From Trichodelitschia bisporula (taxonomy: Eukaryota): 64,000 bases of DNA. Below are positions 1 to 12,082 of the stretch, one piece after another. The position numbers and the translations under genes were made by a program. The notes under the pieces were generated by a model that made no database searches, was not told where the DNA came from, and saw only the letters and a program-made list of their open reading frames with translations. The first letter of the stretch is position 1. Every line of letters begins with the position of its first letter. The DNA is taken from the NCBI GenBank assembly GCA_010356995.1, contig ML996701.1:302963-366962 (forward strand). Reading direction: 5' to 3'.

Positions 1-2
1 AT

Positions 3-100
3 GGGTAGGGGGGGTGATGGTGGGAGGGTGGGAGGGTGGGAGGGATGATGGATGATGTAGGGGGGTGTGTGATGGGGGATGGGAGGCGAAGGGAGGGGGA
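3..100 (+). repeat. G-rich low-complexity tract, (GGGW)n-type potential G-quadruplex
   Basis: gggtaggggggggtgatggtgggagggtgggagggtgggaggg: more than four GGG runs with short loops. Confidence 0.7.
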
Positions 101-2101
101 TAAGAGGCGAATTTCGGGATTCCAGGTGTGTTGGAAAGATGGGTGATGTTGGCGGGGGGATGTTGGTACGTTGCGTAGGATGGGTTACGGAGAGAGAGGA
201 ATGGAAGGCGGATGCGCGGCTGTTAAGCCTGTGCTCTGCTGCTGATGCGGATGCTGATGATGCCGATTCCAGTCGTGATGCCAATTGTCGCCTTCTGTCG
301 CTCTAGCTATTGTCGCATTGTCGCAACTGTTGTCCGATGCGCTGATGTCAAGTGTCGCGGATGTTCGCAATGCGCCGCTGCTGTTAATAGACGGCGCGCA
401 GAGTCGGCGGCTGTTTCGTCTGCTGTGCTTCTCGTTGCTGTTCCTACTATCGCTGCTTCTCCTGCTTCTCGTGTCGGACTGTCGAACATGAATGCGCATT
501 CCCTATTTCGGCTCCGTTCTGTTCTCGTCGCAAGCATTCAGGTAGCCCCGTCAACGTCAACACCGAGGCTGTGACAGGAAATCGACTTGAGGGAGCAACA
601 AATCAGGCTTGAGGAAATGAAGGCAGATGCGCAGCAAGAGGATGTAGCCGGGCGACGAGTGGAGAGACGAGAAGGAGGCGCATGAATATATTCCATCCCC
701 ACTCGTCCACTCTCTTCTCTCCTCTCCTGCTCCTGCGGCGGCCTGACCCTATCCTTGGAGACATGCGCATAACCGCCTCCCAGGCATCCGCCTTTTTTCT
801 CTGGCTTTCGGCCCTCTGTCTGTCACCCCCTCAGTTTCCCCTCTCCCCCACTCCCTCCACTCCAAGGCTGGCTTCTCTCTACTCTACCACTTGCCACTCA
901 CACACAGCCATTGCCCACGGCCCACTGTACCGCCCACGCTCGCTGTCGCATGCACGCCATACCCTCCCACATCCCCAAACATCCCCAAATTCCAAAACCA
1001 GACGGCGAAACGCAGCCCTCACTCACCTGTCAGGCACAGCCAAATCCCGCCGAGGCCGCCCGCTGCGCTTCGCACCCTTCACCACCAAAAGACTGCTATA
1101 CATATATTGGGCGCCGACGACACCCGCTCGCCTTTGCGGCGCCATGCCCATCACACTGTAAAACTCTGCCATGCCGCGACGCCGAAAAAAACCACCTCGC
1201 TTCCTGTCCTCTGTGCTCCCCCACCATCCTCCCTCACCCCGCACCCGGGAGTGCTCTCGCCGTCGCACAGACTCCCCGTAATCATCTCTTCCTCCCCGTT
1301 TCCTTCCATCCCACCACCAAGCAACCAACACTTCCGTCATCCAACACGGCGCAAACCCAACTCTCGCTACTCCGTAGAGGATGCACAAGGTACCCAAACG
1401 TGGGCCCCCAGCCCGGCTAGCAAAGCAGCGCCGGTATCCGCCCCACCACTAACCGCCCCCTAGCCCCGCCCTTCGCAATCCCTGCCCACCATCCGATCGC
1501 TCCCTCGACGGACGCACAGGGCTGACAGGCCCGGCGGCCGGCGTGTGCAGAGCGGGGGCGTAGGGCGGGAGCGGAGCGCGGCGTTGAGGCATCCGGATTC
1601 CTCTTCTCGAGTTTCCCTTCATTCAGTTAGCTTTTGGTTGTTTCTGTTGTGGCGTTTTTGATGTTACGGAGGTTGTTGCGGCATCGACGTTAGCGGACGT
1701 GGGGAAAGGTCAGACGGGGATCAATTGACCGTAACGGATATTGGTAGATGCGCGGTGCAACTGCGTGGAGCAGGTGAAGCGATGCGCTCTTCGCTGGTAA
1801 GCAGTTTTGGCGACGGATGCTTGCTTCCTTGCTTGCATGAGATACCCTGAATGATGTCGATGTCGGTTGGTGAAGGACGAGGTGAGGTTGACGGGTGAAT
1901 GCGTTGCTGCGGCGACGACAACGACGTCTTCCACGACACAGTCCAACGCTCATGGCGAATGGATCGAGGTATGATCCCTTCTCCGTCGCCAGAACAAGCT
2001 CACAGCTTTAGACCTTAATCGAGAACTCCCCTCCTAACCCTCGGCATCGTCACAAGCCTCCAACAGCCAGGTCCATATCCCTCGCAACTGTCCCGCTCTC
2101 A

Positions 2102-2136
2102 AGCATCCAGCATCCAGCATCCAGCATCCAGCATCC
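2102..2136. repeat. (AGCATCC)5 perfect tandem repeat
   Basis: Five exact 7-bp units read directly. Confidence 0.95.
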
Positions 2137-4946
2137 ACACCACCAGGGTACGCGCGCTATCACAAGATTTCCCAATCACCCGATCAGGAAGTCCAGAATC
2201 TTGGTCAGCTCTCACCACAAATCCTCGGGCCACCCAACAAGGCAAGGCAAAGAAAAGTGTTTCACCTTCCCCATCATGCTTCCTTCTGCCATTATCCCAT
2301 GTCTCGCCCAGATTTAGCATGTTTGCTTGCTTGCTGCGCCCCGCATGTCGGCCGCGCCCCGGCTCCCGGCGCAAACTGCCCCGGTGTGGTTGCGCGGCGA
2401 CGTGAGTGGTTGAGGGGTGGGTGGGCGAGGGTGAGGGACGAGGGTGAGGGACGAGGGTGGGTGGGTAGGTGGGTGTGTGGGTAAGGCAAGGCAAGCTGAG
2501 GGGAACGAGTCTACAATCCCCGGTGGACAAGGCCGAGAGGGGTCGAGTTCACCACGTAAGGTTTGCAGAGGGGAATGCGCGGGTGGGGTAGGTAAGGGAG
2601 GGGAGGGGAGGGGATGGGGTGCAGCGGAAGGAGTGGCTACGAACCGGGCGGACTTTTTCGCAAGGCGCTCCGCGAAGGGACCGCGCATGGCGCGCTATAG
2701 GCTGTCCTGGATGCGAAATATCGCACGATAGGACAATGGATGGAATGCGCAAGGCCGTGTGGGTGATCGTCGGCTTACCATACCCCTCGCGCATCGCGTT
2801 CAAGCGCTTCGCGGATATGAAGCAATTGCACGATAACCACCGAACCCACGAGCGTGGGCCTCATTTCACCACTTCCCCATCCTCCATCACAACCTCAAAA
2901 GCCATAATCTCATGACCCCCCCACCACCACCACCATCACTTCTTCCCCGCCATCCTCAGCCGTTGACTCACACGCCACCCTCCCGCACCCCTCGGCATCC
3001 GCGGCCGAGCATCAGAACCACATGGGTCCCCCCCAACCATCATCCTCACACTTTAATATCGACCCGTCCTCAGCGCAAGGTTCATCCCCAATCCCTCCCC
3101 CCGCCCGGGGCGATGAGGCGCGTAAGGAGGGGGGTCATATACGCGCGGCGCCGCGTGCTGCACGGCCGACAGGGGTTTAGGAAAAAGCAATGCGCATCAT
3201 GGGTGCCGCGGCGGCGGGAGGGCGGGCGGGGGCGTTGCGAAGGGTGGGGGGATGGGGGGAGGGGGGAGAAGAAGGGCTGAAGACTTCCGCCGGAGTAGTA
3301 GCGTAGGACGTCGTCAATCAAGCCTCCACGTTTGATCCCCATCGCGCACCTTTACCCCTTCTCCGCATAGCAGCTCCAATATACCCTCAATAAGCTCCGC
3401 ACCGCGTTCCTGCGTCCCGGCCGCGCGTAAGCACCCCGCGCACCACTCGCTCCTCAGCAGGCAATGCGAGCGCGGGTACGGGCTCTCATACATCCCATCC
3501 AGCATCCGCAGCGCATCGCAGCGCAATGCAAGCTCTCGAGGCCGCCAGTCAGCAGCTTGCACCGCTCGCCGGCGCACCCTTTGGGCCGCGAGGGTGTGCT
3601 GCGAATGGATGGCAGGTGCTCTTTCGCAACGACCCCGCTTGCCGGCAACGAATGGTGTGTGCGAAGGGCGGTTTGCACGCTTGCGCCCGTCCCGAAGGGG
3701 GCGCCGGTGAGCGCGGCTGCGCGGTGCGGGGTCAAGTACCGTAGCCTTCCTGGCCTGGGGCCGCCTTCACCCGCTGTAATCTCCCTCTGCGCATTCCACA
3801 CTGCGCTGCGAGCGATACCGGGCTCAGCCTGTTATCCCGCAGTGCACAACGCGGAAGGCCGAGTCCCGAGTCCCCGTGGCGATGCGACGAGCCGGATGGG
3901 TCCGATGGGCTAGGGCGGAGGGTACGTACCGCAGGCTAGGCTGGGGCAGCGCGGGGATGTACCCCAGACGCAATCGAGGTACGTACCCTGGCGTATCGCG
4001 GTACGTACCTGCACGTGCGGCACAGGTTTCGCCGTTTCAGATTCGCGCCGGCCGAGGCGGCCATATAGTTGGCCGTATCGTCCCGTAGTCGGAACGCTCG
4101 CAGCAACGTTGTCGCCGTATGATTTCCCAGACAACTGAGAATATGCATAAGGCTGCGTGGGCTAACGCTCGATGACGCAGTATGCGTGGATTGACCATAA
4201 CTACGCTGCGTTGCCGTGCCATGTGTTGTTTTGCGGGCGCGGGTTATTTCGTTGGCTGTGCTAGATACGGCGGGTGCGCTGCGTGGCGGTGTGGTGTCGG
4301 TACTTACTCATCGCTGTTGGATATGAGGATAGCAAAGCAAAGCTTCAGCCTGGCGGCCAACATCATCGTCTGAGTAACGACGCCCACCGCCACGAGGCCG
4401 CACATCCAACGTACCGAGCCACGTATTCCCCCTTATAAGCACAGCGGCCACCGCCCCTTTCCCTCTCTCAACCCCGACTCGTCAGTCACCCGTTCAACAC
4501 CAACCATTCGAAGGACCGCGCCGCTCCGTGCGCCGCTTCCCGGACAACAACGCAACCAGCACCAATAATCCCTTTGTCAAAAAGCCTCAGCCGCAAGGGC
4601 TCGCGCACATATAATTTCCCATCGGAGAGGTTACGTCGCCAGTCCCGCCTCCGATGCGCCCGTGCACCGCAACCCTGCGCGGCGCGGCCCGCCTTCGAGA
4701 AGCTGTCCCGTTGCCATCGGGTCCGCTCGGGAGCCGTGGCTGGGCGCAGTTTTTTTGGGGTGGTCTGGTCTGTGCGTTCACCAGTCAAATTTTATATCAA
4801 GGATCGGTGCCAGTTACTGGACGAAAAACCACAAAGGCCAATCAGTGTGCGGTATAGGTCCATAAATAGAGGTTTTCAGGGTCACTGTCGTTGCCTCGTT
4901 GTCAATCTTACCCTCCATATGTTCATCAGAATGTTGAGGTGAATGA

Positions 4947-5274
4947 GAGCCGCATGTAGGGACGTTGCCTTTTCGCCCATTGTCGAATGACGTCCATGAT
5001 AGACCTCCCGTTTTAGGGCGACGGAAATTCCTCTACTTGAAATGGAGGGACTTCGCCAACGGAGATGAAGTTCGTGTAAAAGGGCCGAAGGTTTGAGCTA
5101 CTGTGGGTACAATTGCGCAGTGTGCTGAAGAGGAATGTGTTTTCGTTACCGCTAGCCTCGACTTAAACAAGACGCTAGACAATGAATGCTAGGAATAGAA
5201 GCTGCTGTAATGAAGAGCTCATGGACGTCAGTTCTGTAAAGAGAAAAGACGGAACGAAGTATGAGCGGCATGTA
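4947..5274. mobile_element. Possible degenerate MITE-like element
   Basis: Perfect 12-bp inverted repeat TGACGTCCATGA (4988-4999 / 5219-5230) with weaker outward extension, flanked by an 11/12 direct repeat GAGCSGCATGTA (4947-4958 / 5263-5274). Confidence 0.3.
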
Positions 5275-6882
5275 AGTCCTTAGGATGTAATGGAGTTCGA
5301 GGATACAGACGGTGCCTTGAATGATGCTGTAGGCGATGGTTGACGATGGAGCCGGTACCCATTCAAAAAGCCTACAGTTTACGCCGAAAGCAACAAGTCA
5401 TGCTTACTGATTAGTGCGATGAAAGACGACTACAGAGGTGATGGTGTGGTGATTGGATGAGATGGAGAAGTGAGGAAGTACATGAGGGGTTGTTGTTGTC
5501 CCGTCAACTCCCAAGTACGTCACTTCTTCCTGCCCCTCCAACACCAAACAACTACGATCCCTCAAGGTGCTCCTACCCGGCCAGTAGCTAAATTACAACT
5601 CACCACAACCAGAAGGAAGTCCCACCTCGGAGCAAGTAGCAGTAACAGGTACTTACCAGCGGACAGCAAGTGCAAATGGGTACGTACCTCCTACCTTCCA
5701 ACACACCAAAGCCCCACCAAACCCGATGACTCAACTCCTCCAACACACCCTCTCACTCGCAAAATCGGTGTTTCAGCCCTGCCCACACACCAAACAACCA
5801 AGGCCGGCCATCGGAAGTGGATCCCTCCCCACCCTCCGCACTCGCTCGCTGGTAGCGCTGGCGCCGTACCACCAGCGGCGCCGTTGATGCCCAACCTCGG
5901 GTGCCCGCGCCCGGATCAGCCTCCTCGTCACCCTATACCGTAGCGTGCAAGCAGCCTTGGTGGCGACCCGTGGCGCCGTGACGTGGTGTCTTTCGAAGAA
6001 TTTTTTTACCGTGGTGGGGGCGGGGGGTACGCGAGGGGTACGTCTCTTGGGCAACCGCCGAGATTGTGCCGCGCAAGCATCCTCGTGGGAATCAGCCTGC
6101 TTCTGCTTGTTCGTGCCTTGAGCAGCAGCAGGGAGCGTTGCGGCTCTGGGCCTGCGTCTGCGTCTGCAGCGCATGGCGATCGGCATGCCAGTGACGATTT
6201 TCTGATTGGGACCGGTGCTGCGGCGTGCATGAGGTTTCTCACGGCACAGTGAACCAAGCTCTTGCCTCCCTCATCACGATGATCGCAGCTCTGCTTACCG
6301 CTCCCATCACCAGCAAGCACACACCAACCTCAGACTGGCAAACAATCCCCCAACCGCCCTAGGTAACGTGCCACGCCCAACAAACGCTCAACGCCCGGTA
6401 TCGCACCGCCGCAAAAGGTCCAAGGCAATCGTCGACCGGGCTATCACCTCGGGGATGCTCATGTCGTGCCTTCGACTTCACTCACGCGGGTGCCAGCTGC
6501 TGGCTGCCGCGCATGTCCGCATAACGGCGCTGGATGATCGGCCTTGAGCATGCAGGCTGGGGCATCGCCTATGCCGATAGCCGACATCCGACCTCCACGG
6601 CAGGGCATGATCGTGACTTATGTCGTGAAACGCCCTATCTGGAATCCATATCCATTACTCCTGTTGCTATGGTTCCCGCCGCTGCCGCTGATGCTCTCGG
6701 CTTGCCGCATGCTGCCGTAGAGCCCCGGCTAAACCACACACAACCACTCCCCTCACCCCAACCTAGCTCCACCGGCAAAAGACACTTTTGTACACCCACC
6801 CAGCTTGCAATGCCGCTCTCAACCGCCGGGCCGCCGGATCATCCTGCCGCCGCTGCGAACACAGTCGGCAAACCCGGTCCGC

Positions 6883-9259
6883 TCACATGCTACAGTTGTC
6901 AGCACAGCGTCCCCCAGATAATCATATCCAAACTCACCGATCCAACGGCGTGAGGCCCAGCAAGCGCATGCCATTATTCAGCACCGTCCGCGCAGCGTAG
7001 TACAGCGCCATACGCGCCTTCTTGACCTCTGGATCGCTTTTCATGACCTGCAGGTGGTCGTAGCTCGAGCTCAGCGCATGTGTCATCTTGAACAGGTAGG
7101 TCAGGACGGTGACGGGCTCAAGCGTCCTGTGCGTGTTGAGGAAGACATCAGGGAACTGGGCGAGCGAGCGGACGAGGTTCGCTGCGTGCTTCGCTTCCTG
7201 CTTCGTTGCGTGCTTCGCTTCCTGCTCCGTTGCATGCTTCGCTTCCTGCTCCGTTGCGTGCTTCTCGCTCAATAGTGAAAGATCGGCGGTCAAAAGATCC
7301 TCTGGCTTCAGGCCGACTTTCCGCACGATGGACGAGAGACGGGCATGCGCATACTGCAAGTACGGGCCTGTGTCGCCTTCGAAGGATGTCATGCGCTTGA
7401 TGTCGAAATGGTAGTTGTTGATACTAGGCACGTTAGATAGACCTCAGCACAGGCACGATACGCACCGCTTCCCAGTCATGTCCTGCACCATTACGGCCGA
7501 AATTCCCAAAATATCAGCCGTCCCCTCAGGATCATCGACCTGCTTGTACTTGTCCTCGTTGGAGCGCATCAGATCGTGCATGAATTCGCCCACGTCGCGG
7601 AGGATATCATCCAAGAACTTAACAGTCCCCCGACGAGTGCTCATGCCGAGAACCATGCCAAAGTTGATATGCTGGCACCTTTCGGAAATATCCCTAAAGC
7701 CCATAAGCTCGACGATCTTGAATAGCTGTGCAAGGTGCAAATCTTGCGCCGCCGCAACCACGTAGATCATTTTGTCGAAGTTGTACTTGTCGAAGCGCTC
7801 TTTCATCGCGCCAATGTCGCGCGTGAGGTACAAGCTGGTGCCATCTTTCTTCTTCACCACCGCCTTGCCGAGCTTCTTGCTGTACTTCGTGAGGTCAACG
7901 ATGACGGCGCCCTCGCTCTCCTCCGATACCCCTCTCTCAGCCATGATCCGCGCCGCCTCCTCCATGCTCGAATCCTGCACCTGCGACTCGCCTGAATAAT
8001 CATCGAAGCTGATGTTCAGCCGCGCGTACGTCTGCCTGTACTTCTCGATGCTCAGGTTCCGGAAACGGGTCCAAATGGCGATGGCCTCCGGATCACCGTC
8101 ACTCATGCGCCTAAAGTACCGACGGGCTTGCTCGTCGATCCCGTCGTTAACGAGCGCCGCGAGAGCCTTCTCCTGCTCCTCCACGGCTTCACCCTTCTCC
8201 TTCAGCGCAGCAATCTCCTCCCGCAGCGCCTTCATCTTATCATCTTCTTCCTTCTGGATCGCGCTGACCTTGACATACACCTCAAACAGATGCGCAATCG
8301 GGTTCGCAACAAGCGCCTCCTCACTGCCAAACCGCTCAAAGCCAACCGCGAGCACACCGTACTGCTTGCCCCAGTCGCCTAGGTAATTCATACGGACGAC
8401 GTCCCATCCAGCGCCCGCGTACAGATTCGCCAGGAAGCCACCAATGATGGTGCTGCGCAGATGGCCCGCGTGGAACGGCTTCGCGATGTTAGGCGACGAA
8501 AACTCGACGATGATCTTCTTGCGGCCCTTGGACTCGTCCTCGGGGTCCCGCAGGCCAAGCGTCCGGTTAAAGCCGTAGGCAGCACCGTTCTTGAGGATCG
8601 ACGGGATGACGAGGCGGCTCAGTGGCTCGGGCTTGAACCAAAACTTGACATACGTGCCGGCGGCAACGGGAGGCTCGAGCAGCGGCGACGGGGGAAACTA
8701 TATGCCGTGAGCTTCGTCTTTCATTGTAGACTGCCATGCCAACCCTGGACGCAATCTCCTCTGCAAGTTCACCAGGCTTCCTGCCCCTGAGCCGCAGGGC
8801 CGGCACTGGCAGCGCCAGATCGCCCATCTCCAGCGTCTGTGTCCATGCAAGCGCACCGTATATCACCCCAGGCTCGGCGCCAGTGATGGGAACGAGTAGA
8901 TCAGTAATATGCGAGCGGTAGACGTCTATCGGGTTGACAGTGGGGTGTGTATTGGGTGCCTGGGGGATCTGATTGATGCCGAGCGCAGCCAGCGACTCGG
9001 CCAGGTCCGAGAGCGACTGCGTGTGGTTCAGAGCAGAGGTGTCCATGGCGGTAGTTGATTTCGATCGTATGAAGAGAGAATATGCGGACGGTTGATGTTT
9101 AAAAGGCGAAGGTGGGGTCAGGCGGGCGTGCAGCGGGGTAGTGAGTCGGAGTGAAAAAAGTCCACCGGGGTGACTCAAACGCGACTTGCAACTACGCAGT
9201 CCAAGGGAAACGCGGGGAAGGCGTGGGGCCAGGCAACTCAAGCCTACAGAAAGACTCAT
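6883..9259 (-). CDS. Arginine--tRNA ligase (arginyl-tRNA synthetase), spliced, probable mitochondrial and cytosolic forms
   Basis: HIGH-type motif FHAGHLRS, NYLGDWGKQ, GMSTRRG, FEGDTGPYLQYAHARL and DALR domain. Last intron 6937-6890 restores the C-terminus PLDRM*. In-frame ATGs at 9259 and 9046. Confidence 0.97.
7184..7264 (-). repeat. 24-bp coding tandem repeat (KHATEQEA, ~3.4 copies) inside ArgRS
   Basis: Unit gcgtgcttcgcttcctgctycgtt repeated; translation SEKHATEQEAKHATEQEAKHATKQEAKHAANL. Confidence 0.95.
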
Positions 9260-9568
9260 GCGCCCTCTTGGGGAGTAATTTGCTATTTGGGGAAGCAAGA
9301 GAGCTAGTGAAGCTTAAAAGACTGACGTGCGTCGACTGACGTTGGTGGGAGAATTTTAGCCAAGCCACATAGGGCTGAGCTACAGTGAGAGAGGTATGAA
9401 GCTGGTGGACGCCACTTGTCGATTGTCACCACATTACGCGTCTTTCGATATCCAATTTGTCCCAAATATGCATAATTTATGTGTATGTGCTACCTGAACC
9501 AATCTGCCCGAATGAAATCCCAGGTCCAAGGACACGCCGATACACACAACCAACAGGAAATAGCTATC

Positions 9569-12082
9569 CTACCAAAGCTCGCACACCGGCTCTTTGACTG
9601 GACAGTTGAAGCTCTTGCGGAAGTCTCGGCTGTTTGCCATTGTCCCCAGGATACGTGCCCACTTGGGCGCATGCGGGTCGGTGAAGATCCGATTGACAGC
9701 CGCCTCGGGCCGACTCTTCCCACACCACCACCCCGAATAGTTGATGAAGAACATCTGATCCTGCGTAAAATAATCCAGACCCGGCAAGTCCTGAGCAGGC
9801 TTTTCAGCTGCAAACTTCCTCCATGACTGGAAAGCAGCAGCCAGGCCCCCGGCATCTGCGATATTTTCGCCCAGTGTGAGCTTGCCGTTGACATGCAGTG
9901 GCTTCCCGTCAGGCCCATCAATGGAGAAGTTGCCATACTGCTCCACAAAGCAGTCGGCACGCTTCTGGAAAGCCGCAACGGTGGCGTTGGTCCACCAGTC
10001 GGTGTAGTTACCATGCTGGTCATAGTGGCGACCAGTCGAATCGAAAGCGTGCGAGAGCTCGTGGCCAGCAACCGAGCCGAACGCGCCATAGCTCAGGTAG
10101 GCTGGGATGTTGACGTCAAAGACCGGGAACTGCATAATGCCTGCCGGGAAGACAATCTCATTTCCTGGCGGATTGTAATACGCCTGCTATTAGTGAGCCG
10201 TGTGCTTATAAACGAGAAGATGGGGCCACGTACGTTCACTGTCCCAGCTGTCATACCCCATTCGTTCCTGTCAACCGGCTTCCCGAGGGCGGCCCACTCG
10301 CGAATGATCTCAAACTGGCGCATGGCAAGGGCGTTTTTGAAGAAGGTGGTGGCGTTGACATCAAGAGACTATTAAGGCGTCAGTTGGGGAGCGCGTATGG
10401 CTTTCGCGGGACTACTTACGGCATAGTAATTCCTAAGAGCCTCCGGATCCATGATGTCTGGACTAGCCGTTGGGTACCCAATTTTCTGAACAATGTTATG
10501 GACTTTGTCGATGGCGAGCTCGGTGACCGAATCTTCCATCCACTTAGTAGCCTTGAGCTTGTCGATGAAAGCATCTTTAATATCAGTAACAATTCTGTCC
10601 CCAAACTGTTTGGCCTTCGCCGAAAAAGCCCTCTCGATGAAAAAGCGACTGAGGATCCAGCCAACGCCGTCATCAACATGCCCAACGCAGGTTCTCCAGC
10701 GCTCAGGTTCCGAATCCGGGTCCTGTACATGTGAGCGGTGGGATGAGCAAACGAACAGCAAACGTACCTTGCCTTGTAATTCATTCACAAACCGCTTGTA
10801 CGGGGTAATCTCCGTGGCGTCGACGTAAGAAGCGAGAGACTGAATCGTTTTCCACAGGAAGTAGCTTTGCAGAGTCTCTGATGAAGTGCTGGACAGGATC
10901 GATTTGGAGAGCTTGGCCATGTAATCTGGAGATGTGACGACCAACTTGTCAACGGCGATGCCAGCGGGCACTAGATTTGCAATCAAACCCGAGAGGCCGA
11001 CCTCGGGAGTCAGTTTCGCGGCATCCTTAAGTGTCATCGGATGGTAGGACTTCGTAATGTCCTGTCTGTCAGCCATACTCGGCGAAGCCGCAGCGAGCTT
11101 CTTCTCGAGTTCAACCACGGAGGAGTACACCGAGTTGCGCTTGTCCGGGTACAACGCACCCATCACCGTTGTGATGACCTCCTCATACTTCTTGATAATT
11201 TTGTCGTCTTCATAGTTTTCCTTCGCAGGTAACCCAATCCTGTACGGTGGCGAGACTGCGACAACGACAGTATCTGGGTCCTTGTCATCAGGGCCAGTGC
11301 CAGGCGAGACGAGAGCAGAGATTCCAAGCTTGGCCAGAAATAGGACAGTCTCTTGGATTGCCTTGTCTTCGCTTCCTGATGCCGGGAAGATCTTCACGAT
11401 CCGGAGCAATAAATCCTTCAACGGGGCAAGTCCGACCTCTTTTATGGTGTCGACATTGAGGCAAGCCTCGTATGCGCTCTTCATCTTGTCGAAATTTGCT
11501 TCATCTGCAGACTTCTCGTCTGGGGCGAGCCGCGCGGGTGAGAAGCCCGAGTGTGCCGATTTATTCGGGTAGGGAGCTTCCAAGATGTGCCTGAGCAGCG
11601 TCTGGGAGTTCTCGGCCATGATTGTGCCAGTGAATGCATCATCTTGATCAGGACGGAGATCATGACGATCCCTCCATCCGCCGCACACGAGCTCCTCGAA
11701 GTTGGTGCAAGGATCGAGCTCCTTGTAGTTAGGAGACAGGTTGTACAGTATCTTTATCGTCAGTTATAGCCACAATTGTGCGAGTACGTAACACCAACCT
11801 CCGAGCTAGCGTGGATGCACGAGTCCGTCAAGCAGATATCGGCCTTGTCATCGTCGGTCGAGGGGCTCCCTGATGACCGTGTTAGCGTAGCACTTCGGAC
11901 GGGAGCTGAGCCATACCTCCATAGAATGTTCCCGCTAATAAGTGAAGGGTCAGGATGGAAGCCCCAGCAGCTAGGAAGATGTTCCGCAGCCTTGACCGAC
12001 AGGTTCGACGCAAAGGGACATGATTGTTTGGCAAGAGAGACGTCTTCTCCGTCAGCTCTGGAGGAGCTGGTGATGTATCCAT
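9569..12082 (-). CDS. M13 family zinc metallopeptidase (neprilysin/endothelin-converting enzyme-like), type II membrane protein
   Basis: HELSH zinc motif, GENIAD, spliced VNAYY, C-terminal CELW. N-terminal TM anchor then DICLTDSCIH and DPCTNFEELVCGGW after splicing; start MDTSPAPPE inferred. Confidence 0.93.
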
